From Candidatus Helarchaeota archaeon (lineage in GTDB: Archaea; Asgardarchaeota; Lokiarchaeia; Helarchaeales; RDOG01): DNA of 64,000 nt. The notes beneath the pieces were generated by a model. It saw nothing but the letters and a program-made list of their open reading frames with translations. It had not been told where the DNA came from and searched no databases. The stretch is taken from the NCBI GenBank assembly GCA_019058315.1, contig JAHPZH010000002.1, forward strand, positions 64,001 through 128,000, given 5' to 3'. Both the position numbers and the translations under genes were made by a program. Below, one piece after another: positions 52,154 through 61,748 of this stretch (positions are counted from its first letter, which is position 1; the number at the start of each line of letters is the position of its first letter).

Positions 52154-53128
52154 ATGGATTTTGACTTTTTTATGACCCATTATATAAAAATTAACGATGT
52201 AATGCCAATAGTAATAGGTTATGAGAATTATTCACCGAAAAAAGTCGAATTTTTAAAGAAATACCAAGGAAAACAATTTATTCACTCCGGGAACTGGTGG
52301 GGGATTGACGTAAAGAAAAGAACTAAAGAAAAAGTGCTAGAAAATCAAGAAAAAATGTTTATCAAAAATAAAACTATAGGATTTATGTCGATGAATGTTC
52401 CTGCGAGTTTAAAACGCCCAGATTATTGGAATATGCCAAAGAAAACTAGAGAGCGAGCAATAAATTCTTGTTTAGAGAATGCAAACTGGGTTTTAAAGAA
52501 CAAAAATATAAAAACCAAAATATATTGTTCCTTGGAAGTCACAACATATCAAGAAAGTATGAGTTGGTTTAAAAAAGCTATGGATGCGGGTCATGAAGCT
52601 TATTGTAGAGGTATAGCTGAATTTTTAAGAAGTCCAAAATATCGTAAAGAAGGACTAAAAAAAATAATGGAAATTACAATTGGTGCAAGGAATATAATAG
52701 GTGATAACCCTTTTCATCTTTCTGGAACTGGTAGTTTATATTTAATGCCGATTTTAGCCTATTTAGGTGCATCAAGTCTTGATGGAAGCACTCCAATTAC
52801 AAGTGCTCTAGCAAGGGGAACTATATATGACAAAAATGGTAAAGGATTTAAAGCTAGCTCTCTAAAAACATGGAAATGTGAATGTGATGTGTGCAAAGAA
52901 TACAGCGAAAAAGAAATAATTAGATTATTTAATACTGATAGACATTTTCGAGTATTACATAATATTGAGATATGGAGGAATGAGATTAATAAAATAAAAT
53001 CTTGTCATGATAGAAATGAGCTTAAAGAAATGATAGAAAATTCAATTAAGACCAAAAAATCTAAATATTTTGAAAGAACTTGGAATGAAACTAACGAATT
53101 ATTGAAAAAATTCAATATGGGGATGTGA
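52154..53128 (+). CDS. tRNA-guanine transglycosylase (TGT)-fold protein, divergent
   Basis: HLSG.G......LAYLG.SSLDGST, zinc site CECDVC...HN. Confidence 0.78.
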   Translation: MDFDFFMTHYIKINDVMPIVIGYENYSPKKVEFLKKYQGKQFIHSGNWWGIDVKKRTKEKVLENQEKMFIKNKTIGFMSMNVPASLKRPDYWNMPKKTRERAINSCLENANWVLKNKNIKTKIYCSLEVTTYQESMSWFKKAMDAGHEAYCRGIAEFLRSPKYRKEGLKKIMEITIGARNIIGDNPFHLSGTGSLYLMPILAYLGASSLDGSTPITSALARGTIYDKNGKGFKASSLKTWKCECDVCKEYSEKEIIRLFNTDRHFRVLHNIEIWRNEINKIKSCHDRNELKEMIENSIKTKKSKYFERTWNETNELLKKFNMGM

Positions 53129-53192
53129 TTTAATCTCGAAATTAATTTTAACTATATTTTTTATACCAACTATTGATGAATTCACTGGAGAT

Positions 53193-53819
53193 TTGACATA
53201 CACCTTCGATATATTTGAAAGCATAGATAAAATTGAGACATTAGTTATAGTTATGCCTGAAGAATTCTCAATTGCACTAGAAGATGAGGAAGAAGATGTA
53301 CATCCCTCAATCGTGGTGAAACTCACTTTCTATGATTTAATACAAACTTGGTCTAAACTGCTTTTAGCTGATAAAATTGTAATTTATCATGACATTGAAA
53401 TAGATAAAGCCGGGATAGAGTTAGAGGGATTTCGAAATAAATTTTGGGGAATAAAAAATGATCCTCTATTAGATTTTATCCACATAGGGCGAAAATATTT
53501 TGTTTGGCTTCAAGAACAAATTAAAAATGTAGACGTTGGAAATAAGGAAATGTATACTTTCTTTTCCAAATTTTACCAAAAGGAATGTCTTGTAGATTTT
53601 GATGAGACTGATTCTCTTCAGAAGATTATCTATGATAGTTTAATAAAACAAATGAGAAAAATATTTGAAAAAAGGAAAAAATATACACGAAAATTAACTC
53701 AAAAAATTTATGAAATTCTAGATCAACATTATAAAAACCAAGCTATAATTGAATGGGATAATTTAATGAAACATGGAAAACTATTATATTATGCACCGAA
53801 AAAGAAACCTATTTTTTAA
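53193..53819 (+). CDS. Hypothetical protein
   Basis: 208-aa ORF; frame is open upstream to ~53106, so the start may be earlier. Confidence 0.62.
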   Translation: MTYTFDIFESIDKIETLVIVMPEEFSIALEDEEEDVHPSIVVKLTFYDLIQTWSKLLLADKIVIYHDIEIDKAGIELEGFRNKFWGIKNDPLLDFIHIGRKYFVWLQEQIKNVDVGNKEMYTFFSKFYQKECLVDFDETDSLQKIIYDSLIKQMRKIFEKRKKYTRKLTQKIYEILDQHYKNQAIIEWDNLMKHGKLLYYAPKKKPIF

Positions 53820-53824
53820 TCAGA

Positions 53825-54637
53825 TTATGAAAATGAATTCAATTTCTCATTAAAGGCATTTATATCCTTTTCTAATTCACCATCATCAAGATTATTTGCA
53901 TTCCCCGCCATACTAATTTGTGTCTTTGTTTGAGTAATTAATTGTTTTCCATCAAAAAAAATCGAGCAAATTCCCTCATGTAAGATGAAAATAGATAAAG
54001 TTTCAGATGAATCGGTCGATCTACTATTTTTTAATCCAACTAAATATCCATTATACTCGCTAATTCTGGACTTTTCTTGATCAACTTCAATTGTTTCAGC
54101 TAAAGGCTTTTTCATCTTGATAGTCTTATATCCTAAATCTTCTAGGAAACTACGAAGTGTAAGATGTAAGAAATTAGGATGCTCTTGTACTTCAATTTTC
54201 TTTTCATGAAAAAATTTGAATTTTCTTAAAGTCAATGTATCAAAAGATGGTGTTTTTTCAAGAACTTTTTTAATATCCTTATCTTCTTCCGTTATTGAAG
54301 AGTCTGTCTCTGATTTAAGTTTTAAACCTTTAGGAATATATGATTTAATTTTATCTTTTATAGAAGTTTTCTTTTCCACACCCCATTCTTCAATAATATC
54401 ATCAAATCCAGTAATTTGACCTTTAACTTCTATTGGTTCTAAACCTTGTTCCTTTCTAAGCTCCAGTTCTTTAATTTTTTTGTTGATTTTTGCTAAAAGA
54501 GCTTTTTGTTCGTCAAATTCTTGAAAATATTCAGCAGCGCTAATAGCCCCTCGCTTTAAATTTCGATCTAATATTTCAAAATTATCTATGACGTCTTTTT
54601 TTTTGAGTTTTAGATCTTTAAGCTGTTTTTCGTACAA
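53825..54637 (-). CDS. Hypothetical protein with N-terminal coiled coil
   Basis: Heptad-rich N-terminus, G.IS..EY motif. Confidence 0.65.
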   Translation of the reverse strand: MYEKQLKDLKLKKKDVIDNFEILDRNLKRGAISAAEYFQEFDEQKALLAKINKKIKELELRKEQGLEPIEVKGQITGFDDIIEEWGVEKKTSIKDKIKSYIPKGLKLKSETDSSITEEDKDIKKVLEKTPSFDTLTLRKFKFFHEKKIEVQEHPNFLHLTLRSFLEDLGYKTIKMKKPLAETIEVDQEKSRISEYNGYLVGLKNSRSTDSSETLSIFILHEGICSIFFDGKQLITQTKTQISMAGNANNLDDGELEKDINAFNEKLNSFS

Positions 54638-54685
54638 TATCTTTCATCAAATACTAACAGAAATAATAATATTTAAAGGTTTAAA

Positions 54686-54814
54686 TGGTGGGACCGCCGG
54701 GCTTCGGTCCCGGGATCTCTCGGTTTCTAAAATATCTTTAATCAAATTATCAGCCGAGCGCTTTAACCATTCTAGGTGTAGCCGATCTGACTCCACAAGC
54801 TAAGCCACGGTCCC
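54686..54814 (-). tRNA. tRNA-Ile(GAT) with two introns (D-loop 54770-54797; canonical 54725-54747) and an atypical T-loop
   Basis: Spliced sequence GGGACCGTGGCTTAGCTTGGTTAAAGCGCTCGGCTGATAACCGAGAGATCCCGGGACCGAAGCCCGGCGGTCCCACCA. Confidence 0.88.
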
Positions 54815-55017
54815 AATTATGTCTAGACCTTTCTTATATCTTCCTAAGTCACAAAATCTATAATTTTTTAAATTCTTTTTGCTGAATCTCAAATCACAGA
54901 TTCATAGTATTTAAACTGTTGATTTTTTTTAAATATTACTTTTTTCATAATATTCAGAATACTCGTAACTTCCTAAAAAAATAAAAAATTTTTAGGTATT
55001 AGGTTCATTATTTTATA

Positions 55018-55123
55018 TGGTGGACCGGCCGGGACTCGAACCCGGGACTTGTGGTTGAAAATAATTATATTTTCAATCTCCACATTGCGAATGTGGCGAT
55101 CATACCAACTGATCTACCGGCCC
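55018..55123 (-). tRNA. tRNA-Ala(CGC) with a variable-region intron (55049-55077, position 45/46)
   Basis: G3-U70; CCACA-TTCGCAA-TGTGG; splice motif GTGG/CCAC with AGA and AAG bulges; encoded CCA. Confidence 0.92.
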
Positions 55124-55154
55124 TATGCAAATTCAACTTTAACAATTTATTTTC

Positions 55155-57626
55155 TTATATTTTCCACCCAACTGTTATATTAGGTTTCTCTAGTTCAAAA
55201 GTTTCATCTACATTTTTCTCTGGAATTTCTTTTACAAATTCTAATCTGGATATTTTTATTGTATTTGAAATAATGGAAGCTTGAGATTCAAGATCTTTGG
55301 GTATATCATCGGCAAATTTTAAGTAAACAGTTGAAATTGGTTTTGAAAGGGGTAATCTCCTTTTAGATTTTGCATCTCGTAGCTTCTTAATGATCTTTAT
55401 TGCGAGTTCACCTTTAGTAACGAGTTCTTTATCGATGATTTTAATAGGTTTTGGCCAAGATGATAAATGTATACTTGGTATATCTTCATTTTTGGCAAAT
55501 ATTAAATTATAAATTTCTTCTGTAATAAATGGCGCAAATGGTGCAAATATCTTAAGGGAATTAAAAATGATAAAATAAAGGACATATTGAGCAGTTTTCA
55601 AATCTGAATCATTGATTTTATTGTAAATCCTGGATTTAACAGCTTCGAGATAATCATCACAGAAATCATGCCAGAAAAATTGTCTGAATGCAGTTAAAGC
55701 ATTATGGAAGTTATAGACTTCTAGATTTTCTTTACTATTTTTAATAACATTATTAAATTCATGTAAAATCCATGTATCTATAGGGGTTAATTTCAAATCC
55801 TTTGGTTTGACTTCTTTAAACTTAAATTCTATTAAATTAGGAGAAGAAAAACGGCAAGCATTCCATAATTTTCTCAAAAATCTAAAACTATATTCTAATT
55901 CCTTAGTTGTATAGGGATAATCATCTCCTAAAGTTCCTATTGCTGCCCATTGTCTTAGCGCATCAGCGCCATATTTTTCCAATGGTTCTTCAGGAGCAAC
56001 TACATTACCATAACTCTTGCTCATTTTTCGACCATCTGTACCAGCAACCATACCGTTTATCAGTAAATCTTTGAAGCATGGTTTATTTGTTAATTTTAAA
56101 CATCTAAATATTGTGTAAAATGCCCATGTCCTAATAATTTCATATCCTTGCGGACGCATTGTGCTAGGATATGTCTTTTTAAAATATTCATCATTTCTTC
56201 CCCATTTAGAAATTGCTAATGGGGTAACGCTACTATCAATCCAGCAGTCACAGACATCTTTAGTAGGTTTGATTTGTCCACCACACTTAGGACATTTATC
56301 AACTGGTGGCGGAACTTGATTAGTGTCAATAGGTAAACTGCTTTTTTCAGCAGGGATGATATGATTACATTTACCACAATACCAAAAAGGGATTGGAGTT
56401 CCAAATACTCTTTGTCGTGAAATAACCCAATCCCAATCGAGTGATTCTGTCCAATCTATTAGTCTTTTAATCATGTTTGATGGATACCAATTCATTTTTT
56501 TTGCTGCTTTTATAATCTCTTCCTTAAAAGGTTTTACTTTTATAAAATATTGATCAATTGGTAGATATTCGATTGGTTTGAAACATGAACTTCTCTCTGT
56601 ATGAACAATTACACGATGAGGGAGGTCTTCTACTTTTTCTATTAGTCCAAGATCTTCTAAATCTTTTACCATTTTTTCTCGGGCTTCCTCAATATTCATA
56701 CCCTTGTATTTTCCCGCTTCATCTGTCATACGACCATATTCATCAATGACTTGAATTGAAGGTAAGTTATATTCTACTTGCCATCGAATATCAGTTTCAT
56801 CACCAAATGTACAAAGATAAACAATTCCAGTTCCAAATTCCATGTCTACTTCAGAATCTTGAATTATTTCGACTTCACGCTCAAAAATTGGTAATTTTAC
56901 TTTTTTTCCTGATAAATTATAATAACGAGAGTCATCTGGATGAATAAAAACTGCTACACAAGCAGGCAACATTTCAGGTCTTGTTGTTGCTATTGTAATA
57001 AACCCACTACCATCCGTTATAGGCATTTTCATATACCAAAGATGACCTGGTTCATCGATATAACCCACTTCTTGTTTTGCTAAAGCTGTCCTACAATGTG
57101 TGCAATAATGAATAGGGAATTTCTTTCTGTACAACCATCCTTTTTCATAAAAATAAAGTAATGAAGATTGAACTAGCTTTAAGTAGCTTTTTTCCATGGT
57201 CCTATAAGTCTCATCCCAATCTGCGGAATATCCCAATGCATCAAATTGCCTCATCATCTGTGAAATTGCTTCGTCCGTCCATTCAATGCATTTTTGTAAA
57301 AATAATTCTCGATCATCCTTTGCTACTTTATATTCTTTTTCTACCTTCAATTCTGTAGGGAGTCCATGGCAGTCAAACCCTTGTGGAAAATAGACGTTAT
57401 AACCTGTCATCCGTTTAAATCGTGCAGGAATATCAATCCAAGAATGACCTAATATATGCCCCATATGTAAAGTTCCTGAAGTAAATGGAGGAGGTGTGTC
57501 TATAGAATAAATTGGCTTATTCAATGTAATATCAAATTTATAGATTTTATCTTTTTTCCATTTTTTAATCCATTTAGCCTCGATTTTAGAAAAATCAAAG
57601 TTTTTTGGCATTTTAAATGTTGTCAC
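55155..57626 (-). CDS. valS: Valine--tRNA ligase (archaeal type)
   Basis: DTPPP..SG.LHMGH, ATTRPE, DW.ISRQR, KMSKS. Confidence 0.95.
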   Translation of the reverse strand: MTTFKMPKNFDFSKIEAKWIKKWKKDKIYKFDITLNKPIYSIDTPPPFTSGTLHMGHILGHSWIDIPARFKRMTGYNVYFPQGFDCHGLPTELKVEKEYKVAKDDRELFLQKCIEWTDEAISQMMRQFDALGYSADWDETYRTMEKSYLKLVQSSLLYFYEKGWLYRKKFPIHYCTHCRTALAKQEVGYIDEPGHLWYMKMPITDGSGFITIATTRPEMLPACVAVFIHPDDSRYYNLSGKKVKLPIFEREVEIIQDSEVDMEFGTGIVYLCTFGDETDIRWQVEYNLPSIQVIDEYGRMTDEAGKYKGMNIEEAREKMVKDLEDLGLIEKVEDLPHRVIVHTERSSCFKPIEYLPIDQYFIKVKPFKEEIIKAAKKMNWYPSNMIKRLIDWTESLDWDWVISRQRVFGTPIPFWYCGKCNHIIPAEKSSLPIDTNQVPPPVDKCPKCGGQIKPTKDVCDCWIDSSVTPLAISKWGRNDEYFKKTYPSTMRPQGYEIIRTWAFYTIFRCLKLTNKPCFKDLLINGMVAGTDGRKMSKSYGNVVAPEEPLEKYGADALRQWAAIGTLGDDYPYTTKELEYSFRFLRKLWNACRFSSPNLIEFKFKEVKPKDLKLTPIDTWILHEFNNVIKNSKENLEVYNFHNALTAFRQFFWHDFCDDYLEAVKSRIYNKINDSDLKTAQYVLYFIIFNSLKIFAPFAPFITEEIYNLIFAKNEDIPSIHLSSWPKPIKIIDKELVTKGELAIKIIKKLRDAKSKRRLPLSKPISTVYLKFADDIPKDLESQASIISNTIKISRLEFVKEIPEKNVDETFELEKPNITVGWKI

Positions 57627-57707
57627 TGCAAATCCCTCATAAGAAATTAATAATATTCTAATAAATTTGAAATAAAAAAATAAAAGTTTTTGTTAAAATT
57701 TTTCTAA

Positions 57708-60140
57708 TTAATTCTCCATTTTTTCAAGAATCTCTTTTATAACGAGCTCTTTGCTTCTCTCTTCTAAAAATGTTTTAATATTTGGAACCCAAGATTGCCA
57801 GTCAGGATACATTCGAGCTTTATAAGTTATTGGTGTAGGTATATCTTCGGATAGTTCTTTACCTTCATCTTTTTTACGTTTACGAATCTCTAATATTTTT
57901 TCATATTGTAAATTCTTTGGTAACATTTGAAATCGCTCGAATTGATAACCAAAGATTGCTCTTCCTTGAGTAGCTGATCTAATTTCATCTGCTATTCCCA
58001 CACCCTCTCTTTGTCCTACCGCTTCTGAAGCCGGTAATTCTGCTTGAATCTCGGCAGTATTTGCTACTTGTTTAGTATCTACCACTTTGCCCCTATGTTG
58101 TGTTAAGATTGTCATAACCGCTCCCATAAAATCAACTGGGACTTTTATATCAATTCTTAAAATTGGTTCGAATAAACTGGGATTTGATGTAAGAAATGAA
58201 ATTCCTAACGCTGAAATAGTCATAACCATTATCTGTCCAAACCTAGTATGTGTAGGATCCTCGTGAACAGTTGCATCTGTTACAACTGCTCTAATACCAT
58301 AACCGGGTTCGTTAGCAAGGTTCGATCTAAAGCAAAAATCTCGAAATGTAGAGATTATATAAGATTTAATTCGATCTAATCTTTGAACACCAGTAGAACC
58401 GTTGACTAACATATTATTTCCTTCAATTGCCCAGATTCTACGTGCTTCCTTTCTATCCCAACCAGCTTCTTCTCTTAAGATCTTTGCCCTTTCCTTAGCA
58501 TCTTGATATTCAGAAATTTTACCTTGACGAATTATTTTCATAGTCTCTTGATTCAACGGTTCAATATATAGAACAAGTTTATTATGCCCTTCAGTGCATT
58601 TTGTTTTAATTTCTACTCCAGCCATTAATGGTGTCTCATAATAAACTGTAATGGGAGTTGAAATTTTTATAGGAATCTCATCTTGAATTCGCTCGGTTAT
58701 AATTTCAAGCTGAAGAGGGTCAATGCCACTTAGAATGTATTCACCACTTTCTTGGTCTTTTTTAAAAGTAGCTGTTGGATCAGCGAGAACCCATTTTGAT
58801 ACAACATCACCTAATTTAGCCAAGTCTTCAGGTTTTTCTGGTTTAATACTTTGACTTACGACTGCATCTGAGGCGTAAATTATCTCTTCAAATCCAGGTA
58901 AGTCATCATCTTTATTTTCTTCTGAAATAAAAGTTTCACCCGCTGGATGAATTTCGGGTAATTCCATTGCAAATAAATTTCCGGCTGGAATTTCATCAAC
59001 AGGTAAAATTGTATCTATTTCTTGTACTCCAAGCCTTCTAACTCTGATAGATTTTTTAGCATTCTTCAAAAATATGGTATCTCCAGTACGTAAAGTACCA
59101 CTCCAAATCCTACCAATTAAAGTTGCTCGTTTTGTTTTTGGATGAATAAAAAGCTTAGTAATCATTCCAAGTAGTGGACCATCTTTTCTTATATTTATTA
59201 AAGCCCAACCTAACCATTTTTCCAGATCATCTTTAAATTCTGATGCGTCATCAGCATCTTTTACAGAAAGTGCATTCTTAAGATCTCCGCTCCAGATTTT
59301 AATCATTCGATATTTTTGTGCCTCTATGGGACTAGGTAAATGGTTTATAATAACTTCTAATAATGCCTCATCTAAAGGTAAATTCTCCTTTAACCATCTA
59401 ATTGGTTCTTTATCATTTTTTTCTATTGATTCTCTATATTTATCCATAACAATTTTGGCATTTAAATTCTTTTTTTGTAACATTGGGATAGTAAAAGCCC
59501 ATCCATCTTTAGCTGAACCAAAAACTACTTGTCCCTCGGCTGGATTCAAATTCCACTTTCCTTTAAATGGTTCTGGAGACACTTGTTCTATATGAGAATT
59601 TACTTCTGCAATAATTGATTCAAATTTCTTTGTGATTTCATCAGGTGGAAGTTTTAATTCTCTTATTAGACGATCAACTTTATTAATGAATAGGACAGGT
59701 TTACACCATTCATTTCCTACTGAAAGACCAATATTTGTTATTGTTTGAGTCATAATACCTTCCAGCGCATCAACCAAGATAACGGCTCCATCAGAACCTC
59801 GAAGCGCCCGGGAAACTTCCCCAGTAAAACTAATATGACCTGGAGTATCATTTATTTCCAACAAATATGTCTTTCCGTCATAATCATAATTTAGAAGAAC
59901 AACACTTGTAAATATTGTAATGCCTCTTGCTTGTTCTTCTTCATCATAGTCTGTTAATCTCTTTTCTCCTTCATATTCTGCGGACATAAGCCCAGCTCTT
60001 CCCATTAAATAATCACAAGCTGTGCTTTTGCCATGATCAATATGTGCTACGATGGAGAAGATTCTCCGTTCTTCTAGCGGATGTTCTTTAATCATTTTTT
60101 GAATTTCATCTGCATTCTTTACTTTTACCAATTTATTCAC
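57708..60140 (-). CDS. Elongation factor 2 family GTPase; paralogue lacking the HRG diphthamide motif
   Basis: AHIDHGKS, RGITI, DTPGH, NKVD, GSAK; domain IV loop reads HEDPTHTRFGQ. Confidence 0.9.
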   Translation of the reverse strand: MNKLVKVKNADEIQKMIKEHPLEERRIFSIVAHIDHGKSTACDYLMGRAGLMSAEYEGEKRLTDYDEEEQARGITIFTSVVLLNYDYDGKTYLLEINDTPGHISFTGEVSRALRGSDGAVILVDALEGIMTQTITNIGLSVGNEWCKPVLFINKVDRLIRELKLPPDEITKKFESIIAEVNSHIEQVSPEPFKGKWNLNPAEGQVVFGSAKDGWAFTIPMLQKKNLNAKIVMDKYRESIEKNDKEPIRWLKENLPLDEALLEVIINHLPSPIEAQKYRMIKIWSGDLKNALSVKDADDASEFKDDLEKWLGWALINIRKDGPLLGMITKLFIHPKTKRATLIGRIWSGTLRTGDTIFLKNAKKSIRVRRLGVQEIDTILPVDEIPAGNLFAMELPEIHPAGETFISEENKDDDLPGFEEIIYASDAVVSQSIKPEKPEDLAKLGDVVSKWVLADPTATFKKDQESGEYILSGIDPLQLEIITERIQDEIPIKISTPITVYYETPLMAGVEIKTKCTEGHNKLVLYIEPLNQETMKIIRQGKISEYQDAKERAKILREEAGWDRKEARRIWAIEGNNMLVNGSTGVQRLDRIKSYIISTFRDFCFRSNLANEPGYGIRAVVTDATVHEDPTHTRFGQIMVMTISALGISFLTSNPSLFEPILRIDIKVPVDFMGAVMTILTQHRGKVVDTKQVANTAEIQAELPASEAVGQREGVGIADEIRSATQGRAIFGYQFERFQMLPKNLQYEKILEIRKRKKDEGKELSEDIPTPITYKARMYPDWQSWVPNIKTFLEERSKELVIKEILEKMEN

Positions 60141-60341
60141 TTTTCAAATTTAATTAGAGCATAGTCTACCTATTTGTTGAGATTCAAAATGTAATTTGGT
60201 TAACAAAAAAGTTAGTTATTACATTTAAGAGTCAAAATTCTCTATTGTATCTTTTTTTTAAGATTCAATTTAAGATAATAAATTATCAAGTCTTTATAAA
60301 TCTTAATAATCTATCTCCAATATTTAGAGAATTGATAATCA

Positions 60342-61748
60342 ATGAATGTTTCTAAAAAAATCATAAATGTAGTGCTATTAGGTCATATTGACCATGGTAA
60401 AACAAAATTGGCAGAAAAATTAAGTGAAAAAATATCAACAGCCGGTTTAGACAAACATCCCGAGGAACAAGAGCGCGGTATATCGATCGATATAGGCTTT
60501 ACTGCATTTGAACTTAAAGAATATTTAATAACCCTTGTCGATGCACCCGGTCATGCAGATTTAATAAGGAATGTTGTAGCTGCATCGTCTATATCTGATG
60601 CCGCGATTCTTGTGATAGCGGTTGATGAAGGTCCGATGATTCAAACCGGAGAACATATTGTGATATTGGATAGTTTTAAGATTCACAATGTAATAATCGC
60701 TCTCAATAAAATTGATTTGGTTAAAAATGACATAATTCAAAAAAGAATTGATGAAATAAAAAATTTATTAAAGGAAACATCTTTTCCAAATGCTCCCATA
60801 ATTCCGATATCCGCTGAAAAAGATATTGGGATTGAAGAATTAAAAAAAGCTTTGTATTCTATTCTATCTTCTCCCAAACGGCAAACTGATGGACCTTTTA
60901 AAATGCCGATTGATCATGCTTTCCCAATAAAAGGAACAGGAACTGTTATAACTGGAACTATCCATCGTGGAAAAATTACTATAGGCGATAAAATTGAGAT
61001 TATGCCTCTAAAAATTCCTATAAAAATAAAGGGTATACAAATTTTTAAAGAACCTGTTCAATCTGCTAAAGCAGGCGATCGCGTGGCATTAGCAATTTCG
61101 AGATTGGATTATCATAAAATTGAACGTGGATATTATGCTTGTTCTCCAGACAGCCTTAAAATATCTAAAAATTTAATTATTAAGGGTAAAGTTAACTCTC
61201 TTTTTAAAAAAGTCATTAAGTCTGGGATTAGAGTTCATATAACTGTTGGTATGCCGACTGTTTCTGCTATTATTTATCCATTTAAAATTGAAAATTCTAA
61301 AAACATATTATTAGAAAAAATAAGCTCAAATGAAGAATTTTATGCGTACTTACAATTAGATAAACATGTCACTACAGAAATAGGGGAACAATGTTTAATT
61401 TCTCGACTGGAACTTCCTCCAACCACTTTAAGAATTGTTGGGAATGGAATAATAGAGAATTCAGAACCATCTGATATTGAATTATATAAGGAATCGAGTC
61501 GTAAAGGTACCTTAAGATCAATCAAAAATCAAAATGATTTAGTAGTAAGATACGTTATAGATGGTTTATCTAAAAGCAAATTTGGAGCGGAAAAACTGTT
61601 AAATAAAGAAATTTATACTGAAAATGGAAAAAAAGGAAAGATTCTTTCGCCTTTTGGAACAAAGGGCGGAGTCATAGCCAAATTTAAAGAAAAACCAGAT
61701 GAAAATATTATAGTTTATTTAAAAAAATATAAAAAGGTTAAAATATGA
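60342..61748 (+). CDS. selB: Selenocysteine-specific elongation factor (archaeal SelB/EFSec)
   Basis: GHIDHGKT, RGISID.GF, DAPGH, QTGEH, DHAF.IKG.GT, C-terminal GKI..PFGT.G domain; Sec context. Confidence 0.93.
   Translation: MNVSKKIINVVLLGHIDHGKTKLAEKLSEKISTAGLDKHPEEQERGISIDIGFTAFELKEYLITLVDAPGHADLIRNVVAASSISDAAILVIAVDEGPMIQTGEHIVILDSFKIHNVIIALNKIDLVKNDIIQKRIDEIKNLLKETSFPNAPIIPISAEKDIGIEELKKALYSILSSPKRQTDGPFKMPIDHAFPIKGTGTVITGTIHRGKITIGDKIEIMPLKIPIKIKGIQIFKEPVQSAKAGDRVALAISRLDYHKIERGYYACSPDSLKISKNLIIKGKVNSLFKKVIKSGIRVHITVGMPTVSAIIYPFKIENSKNILLEKISSNEEFYAYLQLDKHVTTEIGEQCLISRLELPPTTLRIVGNGIIENSEPSDIELYKESSRKGTLRSIKNQNDLVVRYVIDGLSKSKFGAEKLLNKEIYTENGKKGKILSPFGTKGGVIAKFKEKPDENIIVYLKKYKKVKI

Noticed and set aside
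54588-55284. ORFs 54588..54803 and 55051..55284 (and 63032..63322)
   Set aside because: Overlap tRNA genes on the opposite strand
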